From the human T2T-CHM13v2.0 reference genome, Homo sapiens: a stretch of DNA of 64,000 nucleotides. This document shows positions 1 through 15,000 of this stretch, in pieces. The stretch lies in assembly GCF_009914755.1 (NCBI RefSeq), contig NC_060936.1. The stretch is one strand, 5' to 3'. Numbering within the stretch: the stretch's first letter is position 1; every line of letters begins with the position of its first letter. A program made the position numbers and the translations under genes. The notes under the pieces were generated by a model. The model did no database searches and was not told the DNA's origin. It worked only from the letters and a program-made list of their open reading frames with translations.

Positions 1-486
1 TCCTTGGTAACCTTCTGTCTCATTGATCTGCCTAATATTGACAGTGGGGTGTTACAGTCTCCCATTATTATTGTGTGGGAACCTAAGTCTCTTTGTAGGT
101 CTCTAAGGACTTGCTTTATGAATCTAGGTGCTCCTGTATTGGGTGCATATAAATTTAGAATAGTTAGCTCTTCTTGTTAAATTGATCCCTTTACCATTAT
201 GTAATGGGCTTCTTTTGATCTTTGTTGGTTTAAAGTCTGTTTTATCAGAAACCAGGATTGCAACCCCTGCTTTTTTTTTTTGCTTTCCATTTGCTTGGTA
301 GATCTTCCTCCATCCCTTTATTTTGAGCCTATGTGCGTCTTTACACGTGATATGGGTCTCCTGAATACAGCACACTGATGGGTCTTGACTCTTTATCCAA
401 TTTGCCAGTCTGTGTCTTTTAATTGGGGCATTTAGCCCATTTACATTTAAGGTTAATATTGTTATGTGTGAATTTGATCCTGTCAT
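1..486 (-). pseudogene. L1 ORF2p endonuclease N-terminus, frameshifted
   Basis: MTGSNSHITILTLNVNGLNAPIKRHRLANWIKSQDPSVCCIQETH... starts at 486. The frame is lost after KPTKIKR by a small deletion. Confidence 0.92.
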
Positions 487-549
487 TATGATGTTCACTG
501 GTTATTTTGCCCATTAATTGATGTAGTTTCTTCCTAGCATTAGTGGTCT

Positions 550-1569
550 TTATAATTTGGCATGTTTTTGCAGTGGCTGGTACCAGTTACTTCTTTCCAT
601 GTTTAGTGCTTCTTTCAGGAACTCTTGTAAGGCAGGCCTGGTGGTGACAAAATCTCTCAGCATTTACTTGTCCGTAAAGGATTTTATTTCTCCTTCACTT
701 ATGAAGTTTAGTTTGGCTGGATATGAAATTCTGGGTTGAAAATTCTTTTCTTTAAGAATGTTGAACATTGGCCCCCACTCTCTTCTGGCTTGTAGGGTTT
801 CTGCTGAGAGATCCACTGTTAGTCTGATGGGCTTCCCTTTGTGGGTAACCTGACCTTTCTCTCTGGCTGCCCTTAACACTTTTTCCTTCATTTCAACCTT
901 GGTGAATCTGACAATTATGTGTCTTGGGGTTGCCCTTCTCAAGGAGTATCTTTGTGGTGTTCTCTGTGTTTCCTGAATTTGAATGTTGGCCTGCCTTGCT
1001 ATGTTGGAGAAGTTCTCCTGGATAATATACTGAAGAGTGTTTTCCAACTTGGTTCCATTCTCTGCATCACTCTCAGGTACACCAATCAAACGTAGATTTG
1101 GTCTATTCACATAGTCCCATATTTCTTGGAGGCTTTGTTCATTTCTTTTTACTCTTTTTTCTCTAACCTTGTTTTCTTGCTTTATTTCATTAATTTGATC
1201 TTCAATCACTGATACCCTTTCTTCCACTTGATCGAATCAGCTATTGAAGTTTGTGCACGCGTCACGAAGTTCTCGTGCCATGGTTTTCAGCTCCATCAGG
1301 TCATTTAAGGTCTTCTCTATGCTGTTTATTCTAGTTAGCCATTCATCTAATCTTTTTTCAAGGTTTTTAGCTTCCTTGTGGTGGATTCGAACATCCTCCT
1401 TTAGCTCAGAGTTTATTACTGACCTTCTGAAGCCTACTTCTGTTAACTCGTCAAAGTCATTCTCTGTCCAGCTTTGTTCCGTTGCTGGTGAGGAGCTGCA
1501 ATCCTTTGGAGGAGAAGAGGCGCTCTGATTTTTAGAATTTTCAGCTTTTCTGCTCTGGTTTCTCCCCAT
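550..1569 (-). pseudogene. L1 ORF1p, disabled
   Basis: MGRNQSRKAENSKNQS...RPNLRLIGVPE...QPRISYPAKL...QKHAKL* in a single frame with in-frame stops at 1237-1239 and 664-666. Confidence 0.93.
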
Positions 1570-2150
1570 CTTTGTGGTTTTATCTACCTTTGGTCTTTGG
1601 TGTTGGTGACCTACAGATGGGGTTTTGGTGTAGATGACCTTTTTGTTGATGTTTATGCTATTCCTTTCTGTTTTTTAGTTTTCCTTCTAATAGTCAGGTC
1701 CCTCAGCTGCAGGTCTGTTGGAGTTTGCTAGAGTTCTACTCCAGACCCTGTTTGCCTGGGTATCACCAGCAGAGGCTGCAGAACAGCAAATATTGCTGCC
1801 TGATCCTTCCTCTGGAAGCTTCGTCCCAGAGGGGGAGCCACCTATATGAGATGTCTGTTGTCCCCTACTGGGAGGTGCCTCCCAGTTAGGCTACACGGGA
1901 GTCAGGGACCCACTTGAGGAGGCAGTCTGTCTGTTCTCAGAGCTCAAACGCCATGCTGGGAGAACCACCGCTCTCTTCAGAGCTGTCAGACAGGGACATT
2001 TAAGTCTGCAGGAGTTGTCTGCTGCCTTTTGTTCAGCTACGCCCTGCCCACAGAGGTGGAGTCTAGAGGCAGTAGGCCTTGTTGAGCTGCTGTGGGCTCC
2101 GCCCAGTTCGAGCTTCCCAGCTGCTTTGTTTACCTACTCAAGCTTTAGCA

Positions 2151-2345
2151 ATGGTGGCTGCCCCTCCCCTAGCCAGGCTGCTGTCTGGCAGATCGATCTC
2201 GGACTGCTGCGCTAGCAGTGAGCAAGGCTCCATGGGCATGGGAGCCACCAAGCCAGGCATGGGAGAGAATCACCTTGTCTGCCAGTTGCTAAGACCTTGG
2301 GAAAAGCACAGTATTTGGGTGGGAGTGTCCTGTTTTTCCAGGTAG
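2151..2345 (+). CDS. L1 antisense ORF0 homologue, 64 aa, open reading frame
   Basis: MVAAPPLARLLSGRSISDCCASSEQGSMGMGATKPGMGENHLVCQLLRPWEKHSIWVGVSCFSR* resembles primate L1 ORF0 (MAGAPPP...ISDCCAS...VGVTRFSR). ATG context GCAATGG. Expression cannot be seen from sequence. Confidence 0.6.
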   Translation: MVAAPPLARLLSGRSISDCCASSEQGSMGMGATKPGMGENHLVCQLLRPWEKHSIWVGVSCFSR

Positions 2346-3604
2346 TCTGTCATGGCTTCCCTTGGCTAGGAAAGGGAAATCCCCCAACCCCATGCGCTTC
2401 CCAGGTGAGTTGATGACCCGCACTGCTTTGGCTCACCCTCCATGGGCTGTGCCCACTGTCCAACCAGTCCCAATGAGATGAACCAGGTACCTCATTTGGA
2501 AATGTAGAAATCACCGTCTTCTGCGTCGATCATGCTGGGAGCTGCAGACCAGAGCTGTTCCTATTTGGCCATCTTGGAATGCTTTCTATGCCTTTGGTTT
2601 ATGTCAGAATATACTTAAAACTGCTTACATTCATACATTACAGAAAAAAAAGGTGTTTTTTGTGGTCTAATGAGAAAACTGGACAAGAAGGAAACAAGAG
2701 TAAGAAAAACATGTGAAACCAAACGGGAGAAAAGAACACAAAATCTATGCTGACAATTGCAATAAGTTGGTCACAGATTTGATTTTGAGTTTCCTCGTGA
2801 TCACAGCAAAAAGGAAAACACAGCAGTTATCTGACTCAGTCACTAGTTCCATAATCTGCAAAACAAGAGTGCATGAGAATCAGAACTCTTCCTGTTCCTG
2901 ACATCAGAAATAAATTACTCCTATATGTCCTCAATAGGACACTAGTTACTATAGCAATCAACATCCTCAACAACTCTTGGAATTGTCTTAAAATGTCCTT
3001 TAATTGATAGTGAAGAATATAAGAACCAATGTGTAAGTCTGTGGAAGTAGTTCAATGAGAAGTTAAAATAATGCAGCTCTGGCATCACGCAAAGACTAAT
3101 TCTGGCATAACAAGAAGAGTTGTACATATCCTCCATAAAGTCTACTCCCATCATTCAACCTTTAGCAAAACAAGCAACAGCAAGTCCCCTACCAAGTGGC
3201 CTGCCAGCAGCTTTACCAAGGATGCTGCCATCTGCTTTGTTGTTCAGCCTGCTGGACTCATGCAGAAGTGGGTCATGGGAGTGCTCATGGACAGGCCAAC
3301 AGGACCATTCTCAAGTGGCTTTGGATTCCTTCCCCCGCAGAGGAAGAAGAAAAATCCCTGGGATCTAAGGAACAGGTGTTGCACATGCCTAATGTCCTCC
3401 CACTAGCGACGTCTCTCAGCAGCCCAGTGATTCTCATTTGCGGAAACACTTATCTACCAAACTGCAGGCCAACAGATGACACATACTGTAGGTGCTCGAT
3501 GCTCAATTGTGTTCTAGGCAGAGAGAACAGCATGTGCAAAAGCCCTGGGGTTGAAGACAATATGGTGGTATGAAGAATGCCAGTAGGGGAGGAAAGGAAG
3601 AAAA

Positions 3605-3657
3605 TGTGTGTGTGTGTGTGCATGTGTATGTGTGTGTGCACATGTGTGTGCATGTGT
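3605..3657 (+). repeat. Imperfect (TG)n microsatellite
   Basis: Visible TG dinucleotide run with CA interruptions. Confidence 0.85.
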
Positions 3658-4280
3658 AAAGGAAGAGGGGTTGGAAGGTTGGGGGAGATATGGTACAAAA
3701 TGAAGCTGGAGATGTAGGCACTAGTGCACACAGAGCCTAGTGTGCCAAGGACTGAGTTTTGTACAGCCATGGAAGGATTATAAACAGGGGCTACCTGATC
3801 GGATTTGCCTTTTCAAAGATCTCGTTGTCTGCAGAGTGGGGAATGAATTGGAAGAAGGCAAAGGGAAACGAGGAGTTAGGAGACTGTGGGCGGTGGTGAT
3901 GGTTCTGACCCAGCAGTGGAAAGGTGGATGGAGAGAAGTGATTTGAGAGCTAATTAGGAAATGCAAATTGGCAGAGGGTAGGGACGCAAGGTTCTCTGGG
4001 AGTTGCAGTCATTGAATGGATGAAAGAGATTGGGACCAATGAGTGGTACCAATGAGTGGTATTGATGGGTAGAGAAACTGGGGACCGGGGTTACATCTTC
4101 TGCAAAAAGCAGGAACCCTGCTGATAAAGGACAATGGTACTGTTTCCTGTGGGTATAGATTCTCCAAAGACCTGAGGATTCACAATCCAAGCCAATGAGC
4201 TCTGTGAGAAGTAAAAATGCTCCCCAGGCTGACAAGAGACGGGCTGTAGAATAAGATTCTCAGTAAATATTTGTTGAGTA

Positions 4281-4566
4281 AGCCAGGCGTGCTGGCTCAC
4301 ACCCATAGTCCCAACACTTTGGGAGGCTGAGGCCAGGAGCTCAAGACCAGCCTGGGAAACAGTGAAACTCTGTCTCTACAAGAAAACTTTTTTAAATTAG
4401 CCAGGCATAGTGGCCTGTACCTGTAATCCCAGCTACTTGAGAGGTTGAAATGGGAGGATCACTTGAGCCCAGGTGTTTGAGGCTGCAGTAAGCTATGATC
4501 ACTCCACTGTACTCCAGCCTGGGCAACAGAGTGAGATTCTGCCTCTAAATAAAGAAATAAATAAAA
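4281..4566 (+). mobile_element. Alu (AluJ-like, internal deletion in left arm)
   Basis: Alu dimer with GGGAGGATCACTTGAGCCCAGG and an A-rich tail. Confidence 0.9.
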
Positions 4567-5463
4567 ATTTGTTGAGTGATTAAATGACTCCTGGCTGAGT
4601 CGGGAGCTGCTAGAGAGATGCAATTTTAAAACAGCAAGCCTATATGATGGCCTGACCTCCTGTAACTACTTCTGTGCTTGAAAAATATCTTAGACTTTTA
4701 TTTTATGACTAAACAACAATTTCATGATTCTTCTTTGTGATTATCATAAATCTAGGTCTTTTATTTCTCCATCAGAGAAACAATCTTGACTTTTATCTAC
4801 ATTTTTCATGCCTAATTATTTTTCTTCATCCATATTCCAATATGCTAAATATTATGATAATATAGCTAGATAATCTTTAGTTGGTTCCTTTTCAAGCATA
4901 CCAAGAGTTCATTAACAACCAGAATCCAAATGAAACCCCAGTGTTTGTCATGTACTGATCAATAGGAAGAATCGAGTGACTTGAGGGTAAAGCAGGGATA
5001 ATTACCATTATTTATCAAATGAAATAATACACAAAAAGTACTTTTAAACCAAAAGCAGTATGCAATATGTGAGCTGTTATTATCATTCATTAAACAAAAT
5101 TGCAAAGCATAGAGTCCCCATAAAACATTTATTTTGAGCAGCAACAAGTTCCTGGTATACCCACAAAAATAAACTAGTTGCAAATATATTACTGGTATCA
5201 GGATGGAGTAATACAGTACAAAAGACCATTAACTAAAAGTCAGAAATATAGGAAGTCATCTGCCAAAATTCTGACTATTTTTTCATAGCTGTCCAGGAAC
5301 ATTTAATTTTGGCTAGAATTATTAATAGGAGAGGCTAGTTGTCTATTAAGACCATTCTCAATTTACAGCAGTAAACTACATTATTCAACAACTTCATTAA
5401 ACCAGTATTGAGTCCTTTATATGACAGGCTGTAAGAGAATGCTTATGGCTCTAGTCCTACTCC

Positions 5464-5768
<305 letters not shown>

Positions 5769-5775
5769 CCTACTC

Positions 5776-6238
5776 CTTTTTCTAGCTTTGATTTCAGGTT
5801 CAGGGGTACATGTGCAGGTTTGTTATACAGGTAAATTGCGTGTCATGGGGGTTTGGTGTACAGATTATTTCATCACTCAGGCAATAAGCATAGTACCTGA
5901 CAAGCTGTTTTTCGATCCTCTCCCTCCTCCCACCCTCCACCCTCAAGTAGGCCCTGGTGTCTGTTGTTCCTTTCTCTGTGTCCATGTGTGCTCAATGTTT
6001 AGCTCCCAAGTATAAGTGAAAACATGCGGTATTTGGTTTTCTGTTCCTGCATTCGTTCACTTAGGATAATGGCCTCCAGCTCCAACCATGTTGCTGCAAA
6101 GGACATGATCTCATTCATTTTTATGGCTGTGTAGTGTTCCATGGCGTACATGTACCACATTTTCTGTATCCAGTCCACTGCTGATGGGCATTGAGGTGGA
6201 TTCCATGTCTTTGCTATTGTGAATAGTGCTGTAATGAA
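5776..6238 (-). mobile_element. Old L1P 3' end fragment
   Basis: ORF2 C-terminus (FITALFTIAKTWN..MSFAATWLELEAIILSE) plus L1 3'UTR. Confidence 0.88.
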
Positions 6239-6664
6239 CTGCTCTATTTTTAGTTGCAGGAGAGCTTTCATCCAATTATTCCAAGGGGGAATAAAGTCAT
6301 TCAGGTACAATTGTTAAAAAGCTGGAGCATACCCCTTTTGCATGGCTACTGGAAATAGTGATTTGATTTATCAAAAGACATTTTTCAGCAACTCCTGCCT
6401 TCATAATGTTACTTAAGTTACGATGTTCACTATCCTCCAGTGATGTGGATTTCCTTTCAATTCTCTAAATATTGCCAACCTCTTTCCTGCTTCAAGTCCC
6501 TGGAAGTTCCACTTCTCTCCGCTGAGAACACTCTTCTTCTGGTTCTTCTCATATCTGGCTCCTCCTTCATCTTCATGTCTCAGCTTGAATGTCTTCTTCT
6601 CAGCGGAGCCACCAGGAACAGGTGTGCGGGTTGCGCCTTGCCCAAGGGCTCCTGGGTCAGGGAA

Positions 6665-7076
6665 TATCAGTGTCCCAGAACTACTATAACAGAAAATCAC
6701 AAACCGTGTGCCTTAAAACAACAGATATTTATTCTCTCACGGTTCTAGAGAAGTCTGAAATCAAGGTGTTGACAGGATTGGTTCTTTGTAGAGGCCCTAG
6801 GAAGGATAAATTCCATGCCTCTCTTCTATCACCTGATAGTTGCTGGCAATCCTTGGCTTGTGGCTGTATAACTCCAATCTCTGCCTCTGTCCTCACATGG
6901 TCTCCTTCCTGTGTCTTTTTGCAAGGACATCAGTCATTGCGTTTAGGGCTCACTTAATCCATCGTGACCTCACCCTAACTCATCGCATCTGCAAAGACCC
7001 TATTTCTGTTAATAAAATCACACTCTGGGGTTCTGCATGGATATAAGTTTTGGGAGGATGCTACTCAACCCGGTAC
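6665..7076 (-). mobile_element. MLT1 (ERVL-MaLR) solo LTR
   Basis: CTTAAAACAACAGATATTTATTCTCTCACGGTTCTAG...AATCAAGGTGTTGACAGG, typical reverse-strand MLT1. Confidence 0.8.
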
Positions 7077-8974
7077 AGGGAGACAAATTGGGGGTGGAAT
7101 TTCACCTGCACTGTGCTCCTCCAGACATGCCCCAGTGTGGGGTGATGCTGTCCAGGGAAGTATGTTTTTCTAACTGATGCCATATGGACCAGGCAGCCCT
7201 GCCTGACTCTGCTTCACATAATTTTGGAACTATCTGGATGATTTGTTTTCCCATTTCCTATCTGGCAATCAGTCCATAAAGGCGGACGCTGTGTCTGTCT
7301 TACATACCCAGAGCCTAGCCCAGCCCCTAGCATGTGGTGGGCGATCCATGACTATACATCAAATGAATGGCAGTTCAGTTTCTATCCAAGAGTCAGCAAC
7401 CAAGGTCCAGCCTTGACCTCTTACAGCTTATCCCATAACAAATCCCTGTCCACAAAAGCCAAAAAGAAAGGTAGCTCTGATCAGGTAGGGAGAGGGAGGG
7501 AGCCTCGTTTAGAGGAAAACTACACACACTGAACAGGTTTGAAGTTGTCATTCATCTAATGGAAGGAGAAAGACAAAATATGCAAGACGGAACTTCCAAA
7601 AGCCATTGCATGCATCAGATCCTCTGTAGAATCTGAAAGCCCCTGAGTCTACCTGGCCCTCCTCAAGTACCAAACTTTTTGACAACACCCATGAATTCAG
7701 TCAGTTGCCAGACCAAAATTAAAACAAGAAGAAAATTCACTCCAAGCAAAAAAAGGGCTAGAGTGAGGTGCCCCCCAGGATAAAGCCTTATGGGAGTCAT
7801 CCTTTTCCCAGGTTCACACACACAAGCGAGGGGGAATTGCCCTCTCGGGTGACACTCGCATGGCTAAGAGAACCGGCCACAGGGAAGCAATGTCATTAGG
7901 CAGGAATCAGGGCTGGATCCCATCAGACAAGCCCTGTTCAGCATTCAGAACTCCAGAGATGACTGGCCTGTCCTGAGAAATCTGAAATCAACCAGGGTTA
8001 CTTCCGAGTAGATGATATTTTTCTTGGTTGGGAGAATGTAAATGTTGAGACAAATCATATTCATCTTCCTGGGAAACAGAGTTGGGTCCAGAAGGCAGAC
8101 CCTCTGGCCACCCCAAAGATGGAGATGTGAGAGAAGTTATCCAGCCTAAGCCCACCCAGCAGAGGTTAGGGAGGCCCAAATGCAATGGCTCCAGAGACCT
8201 GAGCCCTGGATTGTCAAGGAGGCAATGCCACATACAAGACCTGCCCAAGGTATTGTGGAGGCTGCTGTTCCAGCCAATCAGACATCCACACACAGCAAAT
8301 TGCAGGTTAACCCACGGCCAGTCTCCCAGCATGGAGGTTCTCTGGAAAACTCAGAGTTTGCTGCTAAAATTCAGGGGCAGAAGGAAGCAAGTCTCCTGTC
8401 CCCTCATTCATGATAAGGACTTGCTCTTTCCTGTCTTCCCCACAGCCAGACTTTTTCTGCTATTAAAAACACCACTAAAAATAATGGACTACAGACATAA
8501 AGGGGCAGAGGAAAGAAACACCCTATATTTTAAACAACAAAGGGAGGGTAGGTGATTATGAAGTGATTAAAACTAAGAGCAAACTAAAAGAGATGAATAA
8601 CCTAGAAGTTAAAAATGAGTTAGAATTCCAATAAATAGAAGACATTAACTGTTTTTCCTCTAACTAGTGAGATAAAAGAAAAGGAATTTAAAATAACAAA
8701 GATTGCCAGTCAATGAAGCCAAAATTTAAAAGATGAAAGGCAAAAGAGATGAAAGGTTAAGATACATGGTTTAAACCCAAGAGATGATCAGTATAAGACG
8801 CCAAAGTAAGTGATGGGTTTAAGGATTAAGAAATAAAGAACAGAAAATATAATTTTTTAATGAGATAAATATTTTTAATCAAGGTTTACATTTTGGAATA
8901 CTTTCAGATTTACAGAAAAGTTGCAGAGATAGTACAAAAGAGTTCTCATATACCCTTCACCCAGTTTTCTGTAA

Positions 8975-9333
<359 letters not shown>

Positions 9334-9699
9334 AGTATGTTACTACTTTTAAATGCTAGACTTTATTTGGATTTTACTCATCTTCCACTAATGTCTTTTT
9401 CTATTGTAAGATCCATTCTACAATACCACATTTCATTGAAGAGAGAAATATTCCACTGCTGGGTATATAAGCAAAACAACAAAAAAAGGAAATATCCGTA
9501 TATCAATGAAATATCTGCACTCCCGTGTTTGTTGGAAAAATAGTTAAAAAATAAAAAAATTAAAATAAATCTTATGTACTCCAAATATATATATATATAT
9601 GGATATATGTATATGGAGATATATATATATGTAAGGATATATATAATAAGAAAACATTTAAGATCATCCAGGTAGATATGAAAGAGGAAAACTGAAATA

Positions 9700-10470
9700 A
9701 AAAACCAGTCACACCCAAGAGAACAGAATAGGGAGTACAGAAACAGTCCTGAGTTAAGGTACACACCTGATCAATGACAGGTTGACATGACAGATGAGTA
9801 GAGGAAGGAAGGTTATTCAATAAACGCCACTAGGCAACTGGTTATTCATCTGGAAAAAAAATAGGTCCCTAACTTATACCATATTCTGAAATCAATTCCA
9901 GGTTGATTAAGAGCTTAAATGTGAAAGGCAAAACTTCACAGATTTTAGAAGAATATATAGAACAATACGTTTATGACCTCAGGGAAGAAGAATTTGTTAA
10001 ATAACATTTTTTAAAAGTCAACACCATAAAGGAAAGAAATGATACATTTGACTGCATTAACGTTAAGAACCCCTATACATCAAAAGAGCCAATAAAGGAA
10101 ATAAGAAGGCACACTACAAACCAGCAGACATTTGCCACATATATACCAAAGCATTAGAATTCAGAATACTTTTTTAGTTTCTAAAAGTCAATAAAAAAAA
10201 AGAGAGGTAATTTAATAGGAAAAAATGGCAAATGACAGAGACATTTCACAGGTAATGAAACCTAAGAAGACTATAAACTTGGGAAAAGACCTTCAACCTC
10301 ATCAGCAATTAGGGAAATGCAAACTGAAATTAAACTGAGGCACCATCTCCTCACCTTCTTGGCACAAAATTTAAGCAGCCTGGCCAAATGAAAGTTAGCA
10401 AGGATATGGAGCAACCTAAACAAAGCTGGTGAGCATATAAATTGATGCAACAATTTTGTCAGCCAATTAT
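9700..10470 (+). mobile_element. Ancient L1M ORF2/3' fragment
   Basis: Degenerate L1 ORF2-like motifs (AATCAATTCCAGGTTGATTAAGAGCTTAAATGTGAAAGG; AATTAGGGAAATGCAAACTGAAA). Confidence 0.7.
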
Positions 10471-10483
10471 ACATCATTTGTTC

Positions 10484-10719
10484 CAGTAGTTCTCAACTGG
10501 GGGTGATTTTGACACTCATCCCCACCTCGGGGCACATTTGACAATGTCTGGAGACATTTTGGTTTCATAAGTATGTGTGTAGATGGTAGGGGAAGAGTGC
10601 TACCAGCCTGTAATGGTAGGTGCCAAGAATGCTGCTACACATCCTGCAAGGCTCAGGGTAGCCCCTACCATAAAGAATTATCCATCTCAGTTGTCAATAG
10701 CACTGAGGTTGAGAAACTG
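10484..10719. mobile_element. MER20 (hAT-Charlie)
   Basis: TIRs CAGTAGTTCTCAAC / GTTGAGAAACTG and internal GACAATGTCTGGAGACATTTTGG. Confidence 0.82.
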
Positions 10720-10888
10720 ATCACATCCAGTTGCAGATGTGCAGACTCTCAGACTGAGCAGATCTATTTCCAGGAGTATTTCCTAGATTGATATTTCCAA
10801 CACTTTTCCTGATAAAAATTAAGAAGGGCACTTGAATCAATGACTAAATGTCAGTCAGGTCCCTGGGAAGGCTGATTCAAGAGGCTAG

Positions 10889-11077
<189 letters not shown>

Positions 11078-12043
11078 TAACACCAGAGAAGTTTGCAAAA
11101 CTGTCCTAAATGCTCAAGTGTGCAAGAAGAATGTCCAAGAATGCCTCAAGGTAAAAAATAAATACATACATACATAAACAGAAAAAACAGGAAAGAATCC
11201 AAATGTCTTTCAACAGAGGAATGCTTACATTAATGGTGGCCTATTCATAGAATGAAGTGTTACTATATTTCCTCCACTCTAACACGACATTGACTGAAGT
11301 ACATCACTAATTTACAAACCACTAAGATAAAAAGAGGCTGCCAATGAATCTAGGACACACCGCTTTCTCATACTTAACATTTTTGCCTAAGTGTTATTTT
11401 AAAATCTTTTTGATTTATTTAGATATATTTTGTTATATATTATGCTGCTCTCTTCCCACGTCTTCCTGCATAGACAATATTATAGGTGATTTTTTGTTTT
11501 AATGCCAAATTACAGTGTAATAGTTTTGAAGTCCTTTTAAATTCCGGTTAAACTCATGTAAGATCAACAATGAACAACACGACTGAAGTGATAACATGAA
11601 GAGCCACGTCCATGGGCCCTGGATGAGCAGGCAATGACAGCTACACCCTCACCATGCTGGGCAGACAGCCACTGTGGGGTGCCACACAGTGCAATTCACA
11701 GCCCTATTTCAGAGATACTGAACTGTTCACATAGCCCTGAACGAATCTCAAAAACAATATTCAGGGAAAAAAAAAAAAGCTGCAGAATATGTGAAATACG
11801 ATCTCATTTCTATGAAGTTCAAAACTATGCAAAATTAAAAGATATACTATTTAGGGACATGTACATGTGAGGTTTCCCACAGGGGAAAGTGAGACCTGGT
11901 CAAACAAACTCAGGATGATGCTATCTCTGTGAGGAAAGGAAGGGGAAGGTAATCAGGAAATGCACATCGGGGCTTCCAGGAGCTTGTGATATTCGATTTC
12001 TCAAGTTCAAATTCAGGACTGAGCACTCAGGTGTTCATTTTAT

Positions 12044-12468
12044 CAGGGCTGGAACTACCATGAGGCAAGTGAGGAAAAACCTCCAGCACAAAATTTAAGG
12101 GGATATCCAAAAAATTCAGGTATCAGGATAAAAATATTTTAATGCAATAATTTTTTAAAAATCAAAATGAATGCCCCCCAAAACTCCATGACCAACAAAG
12201 TACGATCGATAAAGACTTTTACATAAAGACGGGATTTAGCCCTGCACCTACCTGACACTGCTTCACAGGCCACACCCTAATCCCGGCCCTCATTCAAATA
12301 AAACTTTATTTTACAAAAAAGGCAGCTGGTTCACGTACATTGCCCACTTAGTTTTTGAAAATATTGTATTAAAATATTTTCATCTTGATATCTGAGCTTT
12401 GGGGCACCTCTTAAATTTTGCATCCAAGGCAAGCCTTTATTCCCAGCCCCACCCTAGTCCTGGCCCTG
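12044..12468. mobile_element. MER96B-like palindromic hAT element
   Basis: Ends CAGGGCTGGAACTA... / ...TAGTCCTGGCCCTG with long internal inverted symmetry (AAAATTTAAG / CTTAAATTTT; AAAATATTTTAATGCAATA / TATTGTATTAAAATATTTT). Confidence 0.7.
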
Positions 12469-12557
12469 CATTTTATTTTTAAAGTATACATATTAATAGA
12501 TTATAAACATATACATATAAGCACATACACACATATGTGTGTATGTAGACACACTAG

Positions 12558-12922
<365 letters not shown>

Positions 12923-13491
12923 TTTTAATATTTTACTGAAAGGGAAAGCCAGCGAGAAAACTCAAAACAATACTTGAGGTGGGAGATGTCTCCTGTTGCA
13001 CCCTCCCTCATGGTGGGAGAAATGTCCTCTTCAGATGTATCCGTCAATACCAGGAAGATCAAGGGGCATTTCCCACCACAAACTCCAAACAGATGGATCA
13101 GGAGCTTCACCGCAGCTTCTGCCAGCCTGGGCTGCTAGGAACCTTCTCCACCACCTCCCCGACAGTAGAATAGCACTCTTCAACTTAGAAGCCACTCTGT
13201 CATGCATTCCAGAGCTTAAGCTTTGTCACAAAGCTGCAGGGGAAGTGGAAAAATCCTCATTTTCCTGATGGGGAAACTGAGTCTCAGGGAGGTTGACTAA
13301 CCCAGCCAACATTGCACAGCAAGGGGTGGCAGAGCCCGGCTCCTTGGTGGTATCGAATCCATTCAATATGCATTCCATCATGGCCAACTGACGGGTGGCC
13401 TTTCTGAATCAAGACACGCTTCACTTAGTTTACTATTACATCAGAAACTGGGGTGACAAGAGGAAGCAGATGGGGGGTTCCAATGAAGCTC

Positions 13492-13826
<335 letters not shown>

Positions 13827-14251
13827 TAACTGGGAAAATAGTTTCATCCAAAGAGCGTGTTCCCACAGTGTGGCAGGCAGTACAGACTCATGCACTTGAG
13901 GTTGGGCAGCAGCAGCAGCAACAGTCATGTCTAACTGGCTCCCACCCCTTCCTCCTCCCTGGGCCCCCGTGGACAGCACGTCCAGATACCCCTCCATGGC
14001 AAACAGCCGCCCAGAGCAATGGGCCATTTTGGGAAAGAGTATGTAACTCTTTATGGTCACTGGGGGGCCATCTGTGAGGTGATCACTCGAACACATTGAC
14101 TGATGAGCAATTTCACAGCTGAGAAGAGCTCATGTCACTTCCCCCCAAAAGCACCCAGTTTACTCCCAGACTGATTATACAGTCACTGGGAAACGGACTC
14201 ATTAGCACGCCACTTGCTGAGTCAAGGCTGAAGACATGCCCCTGATAGACA

Positions 14252-15000
14252 CTGTGTTAGTCTCCTAGGCTGCTGTAACAAAGTACCACAAACTGGATGG
14301 CTTAAAACAATGGAAACGCATTCTCTCACAGTTTTGAAAGCTGTAAGGTTTTTTTGTTTTATTTTGTTTTGTTTTGAGATGGAATCTCACTCCGTTGCCC
14401 AGGCTGGAGTGCAGTGGTGCAATCTTGGCTCACTGCGACCTCTGCCTTCAGGTTCAAGCCATTCTCCTGCCTCAGTCTCCCAAGTAGCTGGGATTACAGG
14501 CGTGTGCCACCACGCCCAGCTAATTTTTGTATTTTTAGTAGAGACAGGGTTTCACTATGTTGGTCAGGCCGGTCTCGAATTCCTGACCTCAGAGCCGACC
14601 CACCTGCCTCTGCCTCCCAAGGTTAGAAGTTTTTATTTTTCAAGGTGTCATCAGGGCCACACCCCCTCTAAGACCACTAGTAGAATCTTTCCCTGCCTCT
14701 TCCTAGTTTCTGGTAGCTGTCCTTGGCATTCCTTGACTGGCAGCTGTGTCATCCCAATCTCTGCCTTTGTTGTCACATGACCTTTCTCCCTGTGCATCTC
14801 TGTGTCTGAATTTCCTTCTTTTTATAAGGACATCAGTCACATTGAATTAAAGGCCCGCCCTACTCCAGTATGACCTCACCTTAGCTTGCCTAATTATACC
14901 TGCAAGGACCCCGTTTCCAAATAAGGTCACATTCCAAGGTATTGGGGGTTAGGACTTCAACATATCTTTTTTAATGGGGGGCACAATTTAACCCATAGCA
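14252..15000 (-). mobile_element. MLT1 LTR interrupted by an AluS (14348-14620, minus)
   Basis: TGTGTTAGTCTCCTAGGCTGCTGTAACAAAGTACCACAAACT...CAATTTAACCCATAGCA with an Alu inside. Confidence 0.85.

Larger units (their letters stand above)
1..2580 (-). mobile_element. LINE-1 (L1PA, roughly PA5-PA7) 5' portion: 5'UTR, ORF1, start of ORF2; continues beyond the window start
   Basis: Minus strand starts CCAAGATGGCCAAATAGGAACAGCTC (L1 5' end with YY1 site), then ~1 kb 5'UTR, ORF1 and the ORF2 endonuclease start. Same orientation as KSR2. Confidence 0.95.

Noticed and set aside
12044-12468. Long imperfect palindrome as a novel hairpin
   Set aside because: Explained by the internal symmetry of a MER96B-like DNA transposon.
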